A stretch of 64,000 nucleotides of DNA from a virus. The stretch covers positions 1-64,000 of the IMG/VR virus record IMGVR_UViG_3300017744_000003. One strand, given 5' to 3'. Each line of letters starts with the position of its first letter. The stretch's first letter is position 1. The notes under the pieces were generated by a model, which had not been told where the DNA came from, did not search any database, and saw only the letters and a program-made list of their open reading frames with translations. The position numbers and the translations under genes are program-made. Below, piece after piece: positions 1 to 10,074 of the stretch.

Positions 1-16
1 TACTCGTTTCTTTAGT

Positions 17-66
17 GTCGCTCTTATATAGTATATATATATAAGACAGAGTCTTATTATAAGAGC
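17..66. promoter_or_regulatory. AT-rich inverted-repeat element, copy 1 (GCTCTTATA...TATAAGAGC)
   Basis: Arms at 20-28 and 58-66 are reverse complements, with nested IRs; lies directly before the RBS of 80..568; similar copies at 40066 and 55492. Confidence 0.6.
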
Positions 67-79
67 AAGGGAGTTTGTT

Positions 80-568
80 ATGGCGAAGAGTCCAAGCAAG
101 TCAAAAACCAAAGTACCTAAAAAGTATACCTCTGGGCTTTCCAAGAAAGAGAAAGAAGAGAGGGAGGCTCAGATACGCAAGAGGGCCAAGGCTTCTCAGA
201 AGGGTACGCCTAGTTACAAACCGATGGTGGGAGATAAGAAAGCGAAAACCAAACCATCTAAGTACACGCAGCAAGCGAAGAAAAGTGGACTGAAGAAAAA
301 GATAGAAGAAAACATGAACGGTAAGGGTAAGGAGGCTTACCTTAAAGCTGTATCGAAAGCTACGGGTTATCCTTTACCTATTCTCCGTACAGTGCATGAG
401 CGTGGAGCGAGAGCTTGGGCAACGGGGCATAGACCAGGTGCTTCGCAAGTTGCTTGGAGTAGAGCTAGAGTACTTAGTTTTGTACAGGGCGGTAAAACCA
501 CAAAGACAGCCGACAAAGAGATCCATCAGAAAGCTAAAGAGCAGATGAAAAAGAGAAAGAAGAAGTAA
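80..568 (+). CDS. Lys-rich hypothetical protein, resembles DUF5824-type viral proteins
   Basis: RBS AAGGGAG; motif RGARAWATGHRPGASQVAWSRARVLSF; family call is from memory. Confidence 0.7.
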   Translation: MAKSPSKSKTKVPKKYTSGLSKKEKEEREAQIRKRAKASQKGTPSYKPMVGDKKAKTKPSKYTQQAKKSGLKKKIEENMNGKGKEAYLKAVSKATGYPLPILRTVHERGARAWATGHRPGASQVAWSRARVLSFVQGGKTTKTADKEIHQKAKEQMKKRKKK

Positions 569-2275
569 GTGACAACCGAGATAAAAAAGCGCAAGCGTAA
601 GCCTAAAGGTCCTAGTCATATTCTATCAAGAGCAGAGTTACTAGACATTGCAGAGAAGTGTTTTCAGTTCTGCATAGAGGCTACCGGAGTGCAACTTTAT
701 CCTTACCAAGAGCAGTTTGCGAGGCGCATTTGTCAGTCGATCATTCTTGAAGATGGTGAGGAGATCACAGCGTTATTTGCGAGACAGTCAGGTAAGACTG
801 AATCGGTGTCTGTGGCAGTAGTTGGTTTAAGTGTTATATTACCAACACTTGCTAAGACAGCAGGTATCAAAGAAGATGATCGTATTAACAAGTATAAAGA
901 CGGTTTATGGGTAGGTATATTTGCGCCAAACTACGAACTTGCAGGTGTCATGCACAGTCGAATGGCGAACCGTATGCAATCGGAGACAATGTTACAAGTA
1001 TTGAAAGACCCAGAGCTAGGCATAGACTTACAGGGTGGACGCAAGGTTTTACGTTTACCTAATGGTTCTTTTGTAGATGCTAACTCAGCAGGTCCTCAGT
1101 CTAATATTGAGGGTAAGACTTATCATTTAATCTTGTGTGAAGAGACCCAGGATATATCTAACTACAAGATTCGTAAGAGTATACACCCTATGGGTGCGAG
1201 TACTAACGCTACGGTGGTAAAGATTGGTACACCTAATGCTCAAAAGAATGAGTTCTTTGACGCTTGTGAGCGTAATCGTAAGAAGACCAACGCGCTAAGT
1301 CCTACAGACTTACCGAGTCACTTTCAGTTCGATTATGAATACCCTGCTAAGTATAACCCTAGATATGGCGCTTACATAGAGAAAGAGATTGAGCGTTTAG
1401 GTTATGACTCAGATGAGTTTAGAATGTCTTATAGACTTCATTGGATGCTTGAGCGAGGTCACTTTATAGCGCCGGAGATCTTTGATTCTTGCGGTATTAA
1501 GAAGACTAACAAGTTAAGGGTCAAGAAGAAGGGTAAGTTTATCCACTTCAAGCGAAACGAGAGTCATTACTACAATGACAACTCGACTGAGAACATGGTT
1601 GCTTCTATTGATATTGGTAGGTCTAACGACTCTACAGTAGTTACCGTGGGTAAAGTATGGTGGGATAACCCAATAATGTTCTCAGGAGAAGACCGTTATC
1701 ATTTACACGTTGTTAACTGGTTGGAGATCCAGGGTGATGATCACGAGACACAGTACCCACAGATCTTGGAGTTTTTAGGTAACTATAATATAGGTTCTAT
1801 AATAGTTGACGCAACGGGGCGTGGTGACCCTATTTTTGATCGTCTTAAAGCAGATCTTTATGAAGATGGTATTATGGTTCACCCTTTCATCTTCTCACAG
1901 CGCAGTAAGCATGAAGGTTACACTATATTGTACCAAGAGATGAAGGTGCAGCGCTTGAGTTATCCTGCAAGTGATCATGCACGTACTTACAAGAGGTGGC
2001 AGAAGTTTGTACGAGAGATGTATGAACTTCAAAAAGATTGGCGCGGTAAGTATATGGACGTTAAGGCCCCTTCTTCTGGAAAGAAGGGTAAGACAGATGG
2101 GCATGATGACTATAGTGACTCTTTAATGATGCTATGTTACCTAGTAAACCGTAAGATGGTTTCAGCGGAGACAGCTAGCAATCCCTTTTTGGGTAATGCT
2201 GTAGCAGATACACGGAGAAGGTATTCTGCTCAGATTAAGGGTGGAAGAGCTAGGAGGAAGTTTGATGGTTGGTAA
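569..2275 (+). CDS. terL: terminase large subunit
   Basis: Q motif LYPYQ, Walker A ARQSGKT, Walker B LILCEE, GTP coupling motif, nuclease motifs IDIGRSND and HDDYSDS; upstream of portal. Confidence 0.93.
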   Translation: MTTEIKKRKRKPKGPSHILSRAELLDIAEKCFQFCIEATGVQLYPYQEQFARRICQSIILEDGEEITALFARQSGKTESVSVAVVGLSVILPTLAKTAGIKEDDRINKYKDGLWVGIFAPNYELAGVMHSRMANRMQSETMLQVLKDPELGIDLQGGRKVLRLPNGSFVDANSAGPQSNIEGKTYHLILCEETQDISNYKIRKSIHPMGASTNATVVKIGTPNAQKNEFFDACERNRKKTNALSPTDLPSHFQFDYEYPAKYNPRYGAYIEKEIERLGYDSDEFRMSYRLHWMLERGHFIAPEIFDSCGIKKTNKLRVKKKGKFIHFKRNESHYYNDNSTENMVASIDIGRSNDSTVVTVGKVWWDNPIMFSGEDRYHLHVVNWLEIQGDDHETQYPQILEFLGNYNIGSIIVDATGRGDPIFDRLKADLYEDGIMVHPFIFSQRSKHEGYTILYQEMKVQRLSYPASDHARTYKRWQKFVREMYELQKDWRGKYMDVKAPSSGKKGKTDGHDDYSDSLMMLCYLVNRKMVSAETASNPFLGNAVADTRRRYSAQIKGGRARRKFDGW

Positions 2276-2483
2276 TTTGAGCTTAGAGCAGATATCAGAG
2301 TTGAGTTCTTTATCGACTCGACAGGTGAAGAAGGCTTTATCTAAAGGCGATCTACTAGATCAGTCACCTAAGTGCGTAGGAGAGTGGCTTAATTCTTTAA
2401 TTAAGACTAAAATGAGCGCACCCAAGAATCGTGTTGGTTTGCGTAAAGACCGTGAACCTATAGTTCATAGAAAGTGGGATTGA
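2265..2483 (+). CDS. small hypothetical protein, possible HTH
   Basis: AGGAGG at 2252-2257 supports ATG 2265; helical LSLEQISELSSLSTRQVKKAL. Confidence 0.55.
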   Translation: MVGNLSLEQISELSSLSTRQVKKALSKGDLLDQSPKCVGEWLNSLIKTKMSAPKNRVGLRKDREPIVHRKWD

Positions 2484-2485
2484 GT

Positions 2486-4084
2486 ATGTCATTAATAAGC
2501 AGAGGTATCTTAGCTAACACACCTTATGGGAGTCCTGACTCTAACGTGTACAAACTAGTAACTTCAACTGAGGTAGAACACGCAGAGAGGCTCAAGAGGT
2601 ATCGAGAGTTTATGAGGTTCTACCGAGGCAAGCATTGGGACCACACTAGAGATGTCAATGAGCCTTTTGTGACAATGAACTATTGTAGGAGGTTTGTAGA
2701 TGCAAATGTAAACTTCTTAATGAAGAGCGGTTTTACTGTGACGATACCGGATGACCCTGCGACTGCTGCAAAAGAGGACGAAGACAGGGAGTTTGTGCGT
2801 CTTAAACTTGAAGACACCTGGGCTAAGAACCGTAGAGAACTCGTAGCGTTTGAAATGGCACAAATGGGTGCAATAACAGGCGATGTATTTGTTAGAGTTT
2901 CTTGGGAGGACAGCGATCCTATTGAGTTACCTTATGCAAGGGTAGATGTATTACCTTCTCAGTATGTATTTCCTTCTTTTGGTGGTCCACATGGTGTTGA
3001 TCGTAAGAAGGTAAATAGTGTTCTAGTTTTGTTCCCTCGTTTTAAGAACGGAGACGCTTCTTCAACGAATCGCTTTGGTGATATCCCATCTCACAATGTA
3101 GAGTGGCATGGTGAGCGTTGGTATGCCGACAAGGTGGTTGTCTACTCCCCCCAAGGTGGCGATGTTGAAAGACCTAACCCACTAGGAGAGATCCCTATTG
3201 TGCATATACCAAACTACCCAATAGCGGGTGAGTTTTATGGTAGGGGTGACCTTGCCGACGTTATACAGCTTCAGAGAGAGTATAACGAAAAGTCCACGGA
3301 TATTTCAGATGTGATCAACTATCACGGTTCACCGGTGACAATCGTTAAGGGTGCTAAGTTAACGCAGCTTGAGCGAGGGGCTAACAGAATGTGGGGACTT
3401 CCCGATAATGCTTCTGTTGAGAACCTTTCCTTGAATGGAGAACTTAGTGCTTCTATGGAATATTTAGACCGCATTAAGAAGGCTATGCACGAAATAGGTG
3501 GAGTACCTGAGATTGCGTTAACTTCTAACATTAATAACCGAGAGACAGGTGCTTCTGTATCTATGCGTTATATGCCTATGTTAGAAGCCAGGCAGGTCAA
3601 GGTGCAGACTTACGGTGCAGGTTTACGACTAATTAATCGTTTGATTATGAAGATTACTGCTTTGGCAGATAATGACTTTGGTAGGAAGTTTGATCTTCTT
3701 AACTCTGCTAACAAGTATCGCAATGAGATCGTATTCCCATCACCGCTCCCTAGAGATGAATCGGTTGAGTTGGATAGAGCTACCAAGCGCCTTGATATTG
3801 GTTTGTCTTCTAAGCGTTATGAGATGCAGAAGATGGGCATGTCTCAGAGAGAGATTGAGAAGATCAAAGAAGACATACAGGGGGAGCGAGAAGATCTAGC
3901 TGAGTTAGAGTTTGCTATTGGTCAGAAGTTTATGGACGACACCGAGGTAGAGGACATAGATATTCCTTCACTAGACGATAAACCTAAGAAACCTAGTGGT
4001 AATCCTAATCCGAAAAGACCTAACCCTGACTCTGTAGGAGAGTCTATTTCTAATACTAAGACTTCGGAAATGTTAGATGGCTAG
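2486..4084 (+). CDS. portal protein (SPP1 gp6-like)
   Basis: Follows terL; motifs FYRGKHW, NYCRRFVD, NPLGEIPIVHIPN, G-DLADVI-LQ-EYN; ATG 2486 preferred over GTG 2474. Confidence 0.9.
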   Translation: MSLISRGILANTPYGSPDSNVYKLVTSTEVEHAERLKRYREFMRFYRGKHWDHTRDVNEPFVTMNYCRRFVDANVNFLMKSGFTVTIPDDPATAAKEDEDREFVRLKLEDTWAKNRRELVAFEMAQMGAITGDVFVRVSWEDSDPIELPYARVDVLPSQYVFPSFGGPHGVDRKKVNSVLVLFPRFKNGDASSTNRFGDIPSHNVEWHGERWYADKVVVYSPQGGDVERPNPLGEIPIVHIPNYPIAGEFYGRGDLADVIQLQREYNEKSTDISDVINYHGSPVTIVKGAKLTQLERGANRMWGLPDNASVENLSLNGELSASMEYLDRIKKAMHEIGGVPEIALTSNINNRETGASVSMRYMPMLEARQVKVQTYGAGLRLINRLIMKITALADNDFGRKFDLLNSANKYRNEIVFPSPLPRDESVELDRATKRLDIGLSSKRYEMQKMGMSQREIEKIKEDIQGEREDLAELEFAIGQKFMDDTEVEDIDIPSLDDKPKKPSGNPNPKRPNPDSVGESISNTKTSEMLDG

Positions 4085-5048
4085 GAAGAAGTTTAAGCCT
4101 TTAGCGACGACAAGGGGTAGTGGTCTTTTATCGAAGACTCATCGTGTTAAGACTATATCTGGGGGTACCCTTGAGTTAGAAGCGCAACCAGGTAAAGTAC
4201 GTAAGGGCGAACGTAACTACGAGTTAGCAGATGCTAAGAGACGAATATTAAACAGGTTGCCTACCCAAGAGTCTAAGGTAAGGACTCTTATGTTAAAGGG
4301 TATAAGTAGGGCCGAAGCTGCTTATATGCGTTTTGATAAAAGGCGCAACCGTACTACGGGAGAACTTAGAGTTGTTGAAAAGTCTGAGTTAGGTAGGCAA
4401 CTTGAGGGTGTGGTAAGAGATACTATGCGAGATGCCAAAGATCAGATTCTTTCTAACATAGAGGGTTCAGTTAAAACGTATCTTATTGGTCTTCGTAGAT
4501 CTTTAGATGATAAGTCTTTGCTACCTATGTCTACTATAAGAGACATGGCACGTAAGCAGGCTATACAGATCTATAACAAACCTACAGGTAAGGACGGTAT
4601 GAACACTGCTCAAAGACTTGCTACAGCGGGTGGTCGTATGGAGTTAGAACTTCTAAAGCGTATGGACATGGGTATGTTGAAGCGTATAGAAGACCGTAAT
4701 AAGTTAAAGAAGTCTTTAGTAGATCCTAAAGGTTCTAACAAGGCGTGTATATCTAAGACGATTACTCGTATAAATAGAACTGAGCAGAACCGAGCTATGC
4801 ACAAGGCCACCGTAGATACTATGGCATCTATAGGCGTTAATTTATTTTATTGGCGCTTAAGTGCTGCTCATAAAGATTATGGTGGCACAGAAATTTGTGA
4901 AGTTTTGTCTGTTTCTACAGGAGCAGACGTTAATAGTTCATTGCCCTCTGGTTTTAGTAGTTCTACTACAGGTCTATATACTAGTGCTAGTCTACCAGAT
5001 TTGCCACACCCTAACTGCATGTGTAGTATAGAACCTGTATTTGTTTAA
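4077..5048 (+). CDS. head morphogenesis protein (MuF/SPP1 gp7-like)
   Basis: After portal; RINRTE, a Cys-containing segment and C-terminal PHPNCMC. Confidence 0.75.
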   Translation: MARKKFKPLATTRGSGLLSKTHRVKTISGGTLELEAQPGKVRKGERNYELADAKRRILNRLPTQESKVRTLMLKGISRAEAAYMRFDKRRNRTTGELRVVEKSELGRQLEGVVRDTMRDAKDQILSNIEGSVKTYLIGLRRSLDDKSLLPMSTIRDMARKQAIQIYNKPTGKDGMNTAQRLATAGGRMELELLKRMDMGMLKRIEDRNKLKKSLVDPKGSNKACISKTITRINRTEQNRAMHKATVDTMASIGVNLFYWRLSAAHKDYGGTEICEVLSVSTGADVNSSLPSGFSSSTTGLYTSASLPDLPHPNCMCSIEPVFV

Positions 5049-5055
5049 CTTTATT

Positions 5056-5084
5056 TTGACGCATGGGATTTTATATAAGATAAT
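5056..5084 (+). promoter_or_regulatory. sigma70-like promoter upstream of scaffold/capsid genes
   Basis: TTGACG-17 bp-GATAAT in an AT-rich gap. Confidence 0.5.
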
Positions 5085-5133
5085 CCATGTGGAAAACTTT
5101 ATTTTTTCTTTTTACAAAGATTGGAGATACATT

Positions 5134-5337
5134 ATGGCTATGTATTCAACACACAACGCGAAGCCTATGAACAGCCCAGGCCAAGACGCAACCACTAAAG
5201 ATCGTGGAATGTCAGATTACTTTGATATGCGTCAGCAGCCTAACAAGGCTAAAGTTCAAGGCGGTCGTCTTGTTATGATGAGTAATGCTCCTGGGCAACA
5301 TGCCCGCAGAGCGCCGAAGTCTGATATCCTCCGCTAA
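5134..5337 (+). CDS. small hypothetical protein
   Basis: GGAG RBS before ATG 5134 (track start 5041 overlaps the previous gene and the promoter). Confidence 0.6.
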   Translation: MAMYSTHNAKPMNSPGQDATTKDRGMSDYFDMRQQPNKAKVQGGRLVMMSNAPGQHARRAPKSDILR

Positions 5338-5385
5338 TATTATTCCATTCCGCACCTAGTAAAAGTTAAAAGGGCATATAGATAA

Positions 5386-6123
5386 ATGAGTGACACGCCA
5401 AATACTACACCTACGAACACAGAAGTAAGTCAAGCAAGCGCACAACCAACCCCCGATGTGGAAGCATCTCCTGTTGTTGAAAGTGCTTCTTCTACTAAAG
5501 AAGAGGTCTATACTAAAGAACAGTTACAAGAGATGCTCACGAAGGCTAGGAAAGAAGAAAAGGACAAACTGTACAAGTCTATTGAGAAGGCAAAGACAGA
5601 GAGTCAAGAACTTCAGACCGAGCGTGACAAGGTGCTAGATGATTTAAAACTAGCGAAGGACACACTTCATACATTACAGGACTCTAATATGAGCGACATT
5701 GAGAAGGTAAACAAGCAGATCGAGCTGCTAGCCGAACAAAATCAACTGCTCAAAGGTCAGCTTGAGAATGTTTCCAAGCAGGCTGAAGAGCGAGTTCGTT
5801 TGAGTGAGGTCAAGTCTTATAAGCAAAAGCAGATTGAGCAAGCAGGTTTACTTTTCCCAGAGATGGTAACAGGTTCTTCTCCCGAGGAGATTGATCGTTC
5901 CATTGAAATGCTCAGAGATCGAGAGAAGTCAGTACGACAACAACTAGAAGATCAGATGAGAAGTGAGAGGGCGCAAGACGTACCTCGACCTGTATCTCCT
6001 CAAGCTAATCAACCTACTGTTGGCGAAGGTGACCGCTATCGTATTTCAAAGATGAGTCGTGACGACTACCAAGCGTATCGTCAAAAACTCGTAGCGCAAG
6101 CTATGGATTCGGTTCGTAGATAA
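5386..6123 (+). CDS. capsid scaffolding protein
   Basis: Coiled-coil E/K/Q-rich protein just upstream of the capsid gene; C-terminal ISKMSRDDYQAYR typical of scaffolds. Confidence 0.8.
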   Translation: MSDTPNTTPTNTEVSQASAQPTPDVEASPVVESASSTKEEVYTKEQLQEMLTKARKEEKDKLYKSIEKAKTESQELQTERDKVLDDLKLAKDTLHTLQDSNMSDIEKVNKQIELLAEQNQLLKGQLENVSKQAEERVRLSEVKSYKQKQIEQAGLLFPEMVTGSSPEEIDRSIEMLRDREKSVRQQLEDQMRSERAQDVPRPVSPQANQPTVGEGDRYRISKMSRDDYQAYRQKLVAQAMDSVRR

Positions 6124-6158
6124 ATAAACTTATTTTAATTTTTAGTTAGGAGTCAATT

Positions 6159-7187
6159 ATGGCTATTCCAGGTATTTCAGGTGTAACAACAGGTGGTGCA
6201 AACGCTCAAGCGATTACTCGCCTTGACCAAGCTCTTTTAGACGTATATAGTTTAGATATTCTTCATAACGCACAAGGTATCATGCGTTTTGAAGAGTTTG
6301 CAGTTCGTAAGCAAGAACTCCTTGCCGCTCCAGGTGAGAATATTAAGTTCACCATTTATAACGACATTGACCGTGTAAATGGTGGTAAGTTAACTGAGCA
6401 TGAATCTCTTTCAGCTAACTCAATGTCTGCCACTCAAAAGACCATCACTATCGAAGAGTGGGGTAACGCTATCAAGGTTTCTGAGAAACTTCTCCGTCTC
6501 TCTTGGGACGACGTTATGGGAGAAGCGGCTACCCTTCTAGGGCGTGACTATGCTGTAGCCCGTGACCTTGCTCTTCGTGACGCATTGTTCAGTGGAGTTT
6601 CTAATAGCCTTACTTCAGCAGGTGACGTTACAGTAGACGCAAGCGGTAATCCTGTAGGTGATGCTACTCTCATCGAGGCGGCGGAAACCTTTAGCATTGA
6701 GCATATCCGTGAAGCGGTAGAGATTCTTCAGACTAATGACGCTCCTAAGTTCTTTGGAGATTATTATGTCTGCTTCCTACACCCACACCAGGCGGCTTAC
6801 CTCCGTCGTGACCCAGATTGGGTTAACGCTCACCAATATGTTGGTACTCGTAATCTCTTCAATGGTGAGATTGGTCGTTGGGAAGACGTTATCTTCATCG
6901 TAACTACTCATGCACCTAATGGCGCAGCGGGTCCTAACGCAGCGGGTTACGACGCAAACCTCGTTGCACCTGTAGCAAACCCTGCCAACGGTCTTGCTGT
7001 AGGTGTTGCAGGTTACAAGGCTTGTATCTTTGCAGACCAGTGCCTCTATATCGCTGACAGCCTCCCTGTAGAGCTTCGTGACAATGGTGTTGAGGACTTC
7101 GGTCGTACACATGGTCTAGCTTGGTACAGTCTCTTTGGTGTAGACGTTCTCAAGCCTGAGTATGGCGTAAGTATCACTACTGCTTAA
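6159..7187 (+). CDS. major capsid protein (HK97 fold, N4-gp56-like)
   Basis: AGGAG RBS; motifs ITIEEWGNAI, YVCFLHPHQAAYLRRDPDW, GEIGRWEDVIF, DFGRTHGLAWY. Confidence 0.9.
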   Translation: MAIPGISGVTTGGANAQAITRLDQALLDVYSLDILHNAQGIMRFEEFAVRKQELLAAPGENIKFTIYNDIDRVNGGKLTEHESLSANSMSATQKTITIEEWGNAIKVSEKLLRLSWDDVMGEAATLLGRDYAVARDLALRDALFSGVSNSLTSAGDVTVDASGNPVGDATLIEAAETFSIEHIREAVEILQTNDAPKFFGDYYVCFLHPHQAAYLRRDPDWVNAHQYVGTRNLFNGEIGRWEDVIFIVTTHAPNGAAGPNAAGYDANLVAPVANPANGLAVGVAGYKACIFADQCLYIADSLPVELRDNGVEDFGRTHGLAWYSLFGVDVLKPEYGVSITTA

Positions 7188-7210
7188 TATACTATAGAAG
7201 GTAAAAGAAT

Positions 7211-7531
7211 ATGACACGCAAGAAAAAAGACTCGCAAGAGATTAAAGACAAGGCTAAAGAAATTGCTTCTGTAGTTGTGGTAACTTCTGACGAGGAGTTA
7301 CCTCAAAAAAAAGCTAGTAAAAAGGTTTCTTTAGTACCAGAAGAGCCCAAGGTTGAAGAGGTAGTTGTGCCTTTAGCACGTACTGCTCCTATTCAAAACG
7401 TAAAGATAAAAGCCACTGCCTCTGTGAGTGGTGTTTATGGTAAAATGCGTTATGAGATCAAGGCGGGCGAGACTTACACTTTTCCGGAACCTATGGCTAA
7501 GTGGCTCATTAGTATTGGTAGAGCCTTTTAA
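7211..7531 (+). CDS. hypothetical virion-associated protein
   Basis: Clean ORF directly after the capsid gene. Confidence 0.65.
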   Translation: MTRKKKDSQEIKDKAKEIASVVVVTSDEELPQKKASKKVSLVPEEPKVEEVVVPLARTAPIQNVKIKATASVSGVYGKMRYEIKAGETYTFPEPMAKWLISIGRAF

Positions 7532-7548
7532 GGTATGAGGACACTATT

Positions 7549-8340
7549 ATGGCTGACATTAACTCACTTATTAATCGTATAAGAGCAAGAGTACACGATA
7601 ACGTCAGTCATACTTCGCGAGAAGATGGTCGTCCTTTATATCTTGACGAGTATTATATAGACAGTATTCAAAGCGGTATTGGACGTATAAACCTCGATAT
7701 AGATAGTTCATATACCGTAGCTACGTTACCTGTTAAGTATGAATACTTAGCAGAGTTACGAGCTACCATAAATATGTGTTATGTTCGTGGTGCAGAGGGG
7801 GCTACTTCTGATGTAGAAGACTTCCCCGATGTACCCGACCAAATAGTCACTGTTCCGCAACTGACGGTACAGAGGCAGCAAATGCCACTAGACGGGCCAA
7901 AGTTTTGGTTACGTCTAGCAGAAAAGTTGGAGAATGAATATCTCTCAGCGCTTGCCCGTCTTCAAGATAGGGGTGAAGAGGGAGCAGAAATTCAGCAGTA
8001 TACAATGTCTCGTATGTCTCTAAGGACAGGTAGACGTATGCCTTATGTTTATGACAAGCCAATCACACCTCCGGAGGGTTTTGCTGTAGCTGTCATAGGT
8101 CAGAAGGTCAAGGTGACTTGGGGCGTGGTCTATGATGAATATTTTAACTACTACACATTACAACGTAGTGTAGATCCCGACTTTTCAACAACTCGATCTG
8201 TCTATGCTAGTAGTGATAACCACGACAGTGTGTACTTTGACCAACCGATTGCAGGTCAAGTTTACTACTATCGTTTGGCTATTTATAACTCAAACGACTT
8301 GGTATCTTACACTGAGTCGGCAAGTGTTGAAGTGCAATGA
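7549..8340 (+). CDS. head-tail adaptor-like protein with C-terminal FN3-like domain
   Basis: Synteny; C-terminal VKVTW...YTLQRS...YYYRLAIYN is an FN3 pattern. Confidence 0.6.
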   Translation: MADINSLINRIRARVHDNVSHTSREDGRPLYLDEYYIDSIQSGIGRINLDIDSSYTVATLPVKYEYLAELRATINMCYVRGAEGATSDVEDFPDVPDQIVTVPQLTVQRQQMPLDGPKFWLRLAEKLENEYLSALARLQDRGEEGAEIQQYTMSRMSLRTGRRMPYVYDKPITPPEGFAVAVIGQKVKVTWGVVYDEYFNYYTLQRSVDPDFSTTRSVYASSDNHDSVYFDQPIAGQVYYYRLAIYNSNDLVSYTESASVEVQ

Positions 8341-8774
8341 GGGATAGTGTTGAGCGAGGGGCTAAGAGGGCTTTAGTCCGTAACCACCTAAAGTATGGTG
8401 AAACCGTCCGTCTTATTAAGTATACGCCATCAGCCACTGGAGGCATATATCGTCAGCGTAAACGAATTTACGAGTCTCCCTATGAGTTGCAAGCCAAGGT
8501 AGCGCGACACCCTAACCAGGAACGTATAAGTTCTATAGGTGAGGCTTCAGAGAGAAACGCAGAAATAACGATTCCCGTAAGTTTCTTGAGGGACTTATTT
8601 GGTAGTTCTACCGGTTTATCAGAAACGATTACGACAAGCGATCTTATGGTGTTCGACAATCGTGTTTGGCGTATAGTGCAAGCGTCTTTTACAGGCAGAG
8701 TGGGAGACGATCCATTACTAATGTATATTCTTCTTAGAGAGAAACTAGGCGCTAAGGAGGAAGATTATGAGTAG
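8337..8774 (+). CDS. head closure/neck protein
   Basis: Synteny, size, beta-rich DLMVFDNRVWRI. Confidence 0.55.
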   Translation: MRDSVERGAKRALVRNHLKYGETVRLIKYTPSATGGIYRQRKRIYESPYELQAKVARHPNQERISSIGEASERNAEITIPVSFLRDLFGSSTGLSETITTSDLMVFDNRVWRIVQASFTGRVGDDPLLMYILLREKLGAKEEDYE

Positions 8775-9345
8775 AAGAGATTTTGCGGTAAAGACTAGTG
8801 GTATGTTCTTTGGTATTAAGGTTAACACTAGCGGTACGAACTTCGCTAAGATTATGCGTAAGTCTCCTATGGGACGACCTTCTTTCTTAAAGCACATTAT
8901 GCCTTTATTCTCACAGATGATTAGGAAGAAGCGTATTCCTGAACTTCGTAGAAGAATGGTTAACGGTTACAGCGGAGCTATGGGTACTCGACAGTTTGAG
9001 AACACATCACATGGTACGCACAAGCCTCATGAGTTTATACCTAATCCTATTTCACAAATACTCGGTAGTAATAAGTATACCCACTATGGTGTTAAGGTTG
9101 ATGGAGACAAACTATCAATAAGTATGTCACTACGAAACGGCGGTCAAATGCGTTCTAGGGCTATAAACTTTCATATAGATATGGAGCGTATTCCGAGAGT
9201 AGCTACAGTACTAGAGAGGCTAGACGCTACTTGTCTACCATATATTAGAGATGGTCATAGAGACGATATTCTAAAGATATGGTTAAGGTATAGTCAAAAC
9301 ACACTAACGGCCAGGCTTAAAAAGTACATGCGGGAGGGTAAGTAA
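8767..9345 (+). CDS. basic hypothetical neck-region protein
   Basis: Overlapping start with AAGGAGG RBS; position in the neck cluster. Confidence 0.55.
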   Translation: MSRRDFAVKTSGMFFGIKVNTSGTNFAKIMRKSPMGRPSFLKHIMPLFSQMIRKKRIPELRRRMVNGYSGAMGTRQFENTSHGTHKPHEFIPNPISQILGSNKYTHYGVKVDGDKLSISMSLRNGGQMRSRAINFHIDMERIPRVATVLERLDATCLPYIRDGHRDDILKIWLRYSQNTLTARLKKYMREGK

Positions 9346-9346
9346 A

Positions 9347-10066
9347 ATGGCTATACCCTTTTGGAAACTAGAAGAAGCCTTTATGGGCATCTTCACGGGA
9401 AAGGTAATGCAAGATAGGAATGGTCGAAAAGTCGTTGTTCCTGTCTTCATAGACTACCCTGACATTGAGGAGTCACCTGAGCGAAGGTTTCCTTCTATCG
9501 CTGTACTTTTCCAAGGAATGACTCCGGACACCGAAATGTATAACTCCGATATGGACAGAGTGGTAGACGTAGATTATACGACTTCACCTCCTACGTTTGT
9601 TACGAGGCGTATGGCTGAGTTTTACGATATAACGTATGAGGTCACCTCATACACTCTTAGCGCCTGGGAAGATAGAGAACTGACTCGTTGGGTAGAGTCG
9701 CGTCTTTTACCAAGAGACGCTCTTGTCGTAGGTCAAGATTCTTATCATATTTTTAGAGAATCTTTCTCGGTGGCAGACTCTGTTGACGTAGATACAGTGA
9801 TCTATGAGAAGTCTTGGACGTTTAATATTAAGGCAGATATTGAAGATACGGACAACGATAACTACCAAAAGGGTGTAAATGAGGTTAGAATACATTCTAA
9901 CGTAGTCAGAACTGAGACAAAAAAAATAGAATCGAATGGTACATCTCGTACCCAATATGTATATAATGCCCCCAAGTCTGCTGACAATGCAGAAGACGCG
10001 GAAAAATTATTGCACCGCGTCATAGCTTTTGATGACCAAAATTACTGGTTTCCTAATAAAAAGTGA
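9347..10066 (+). CDS. tail terminator/completion protein (Pvc16/DUF4255-like)
   Basis: Immediately before sheath; FPSIAV, FYDITYEVTSYT pattern. Confidence 0.6.
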   Translation: MAIPFWKLEEAFMGIFTGKVMQDRNGRKVVVPVFIDYPDIEESPERRFPSIAVLFQGMTPDTEMYNSDMDRVVDVDYTTSPPTFVTRRMAEFYDITYEVTSYTLSAWEDRELTRWVESRLLPRDALVVGQDSYHIFRESFSVADSVDVDTVIYEKSWTFNIKADIEDTDNDNYQKGVNEVRIHSNVVRTETKKIESNGTSRTQYVYNAPKSADNAEDAEKLLHRVIAFDDQNYWFPNKK

Positions 10067-10074
10067 GGTGAAGT

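Noticed and set aside
4370-4388. 12-mer motif as an IS terminal inverted repeat
   Set aside because: Loosely resembles some IS ends, but there is no transposase and the copies sit inside intact genes
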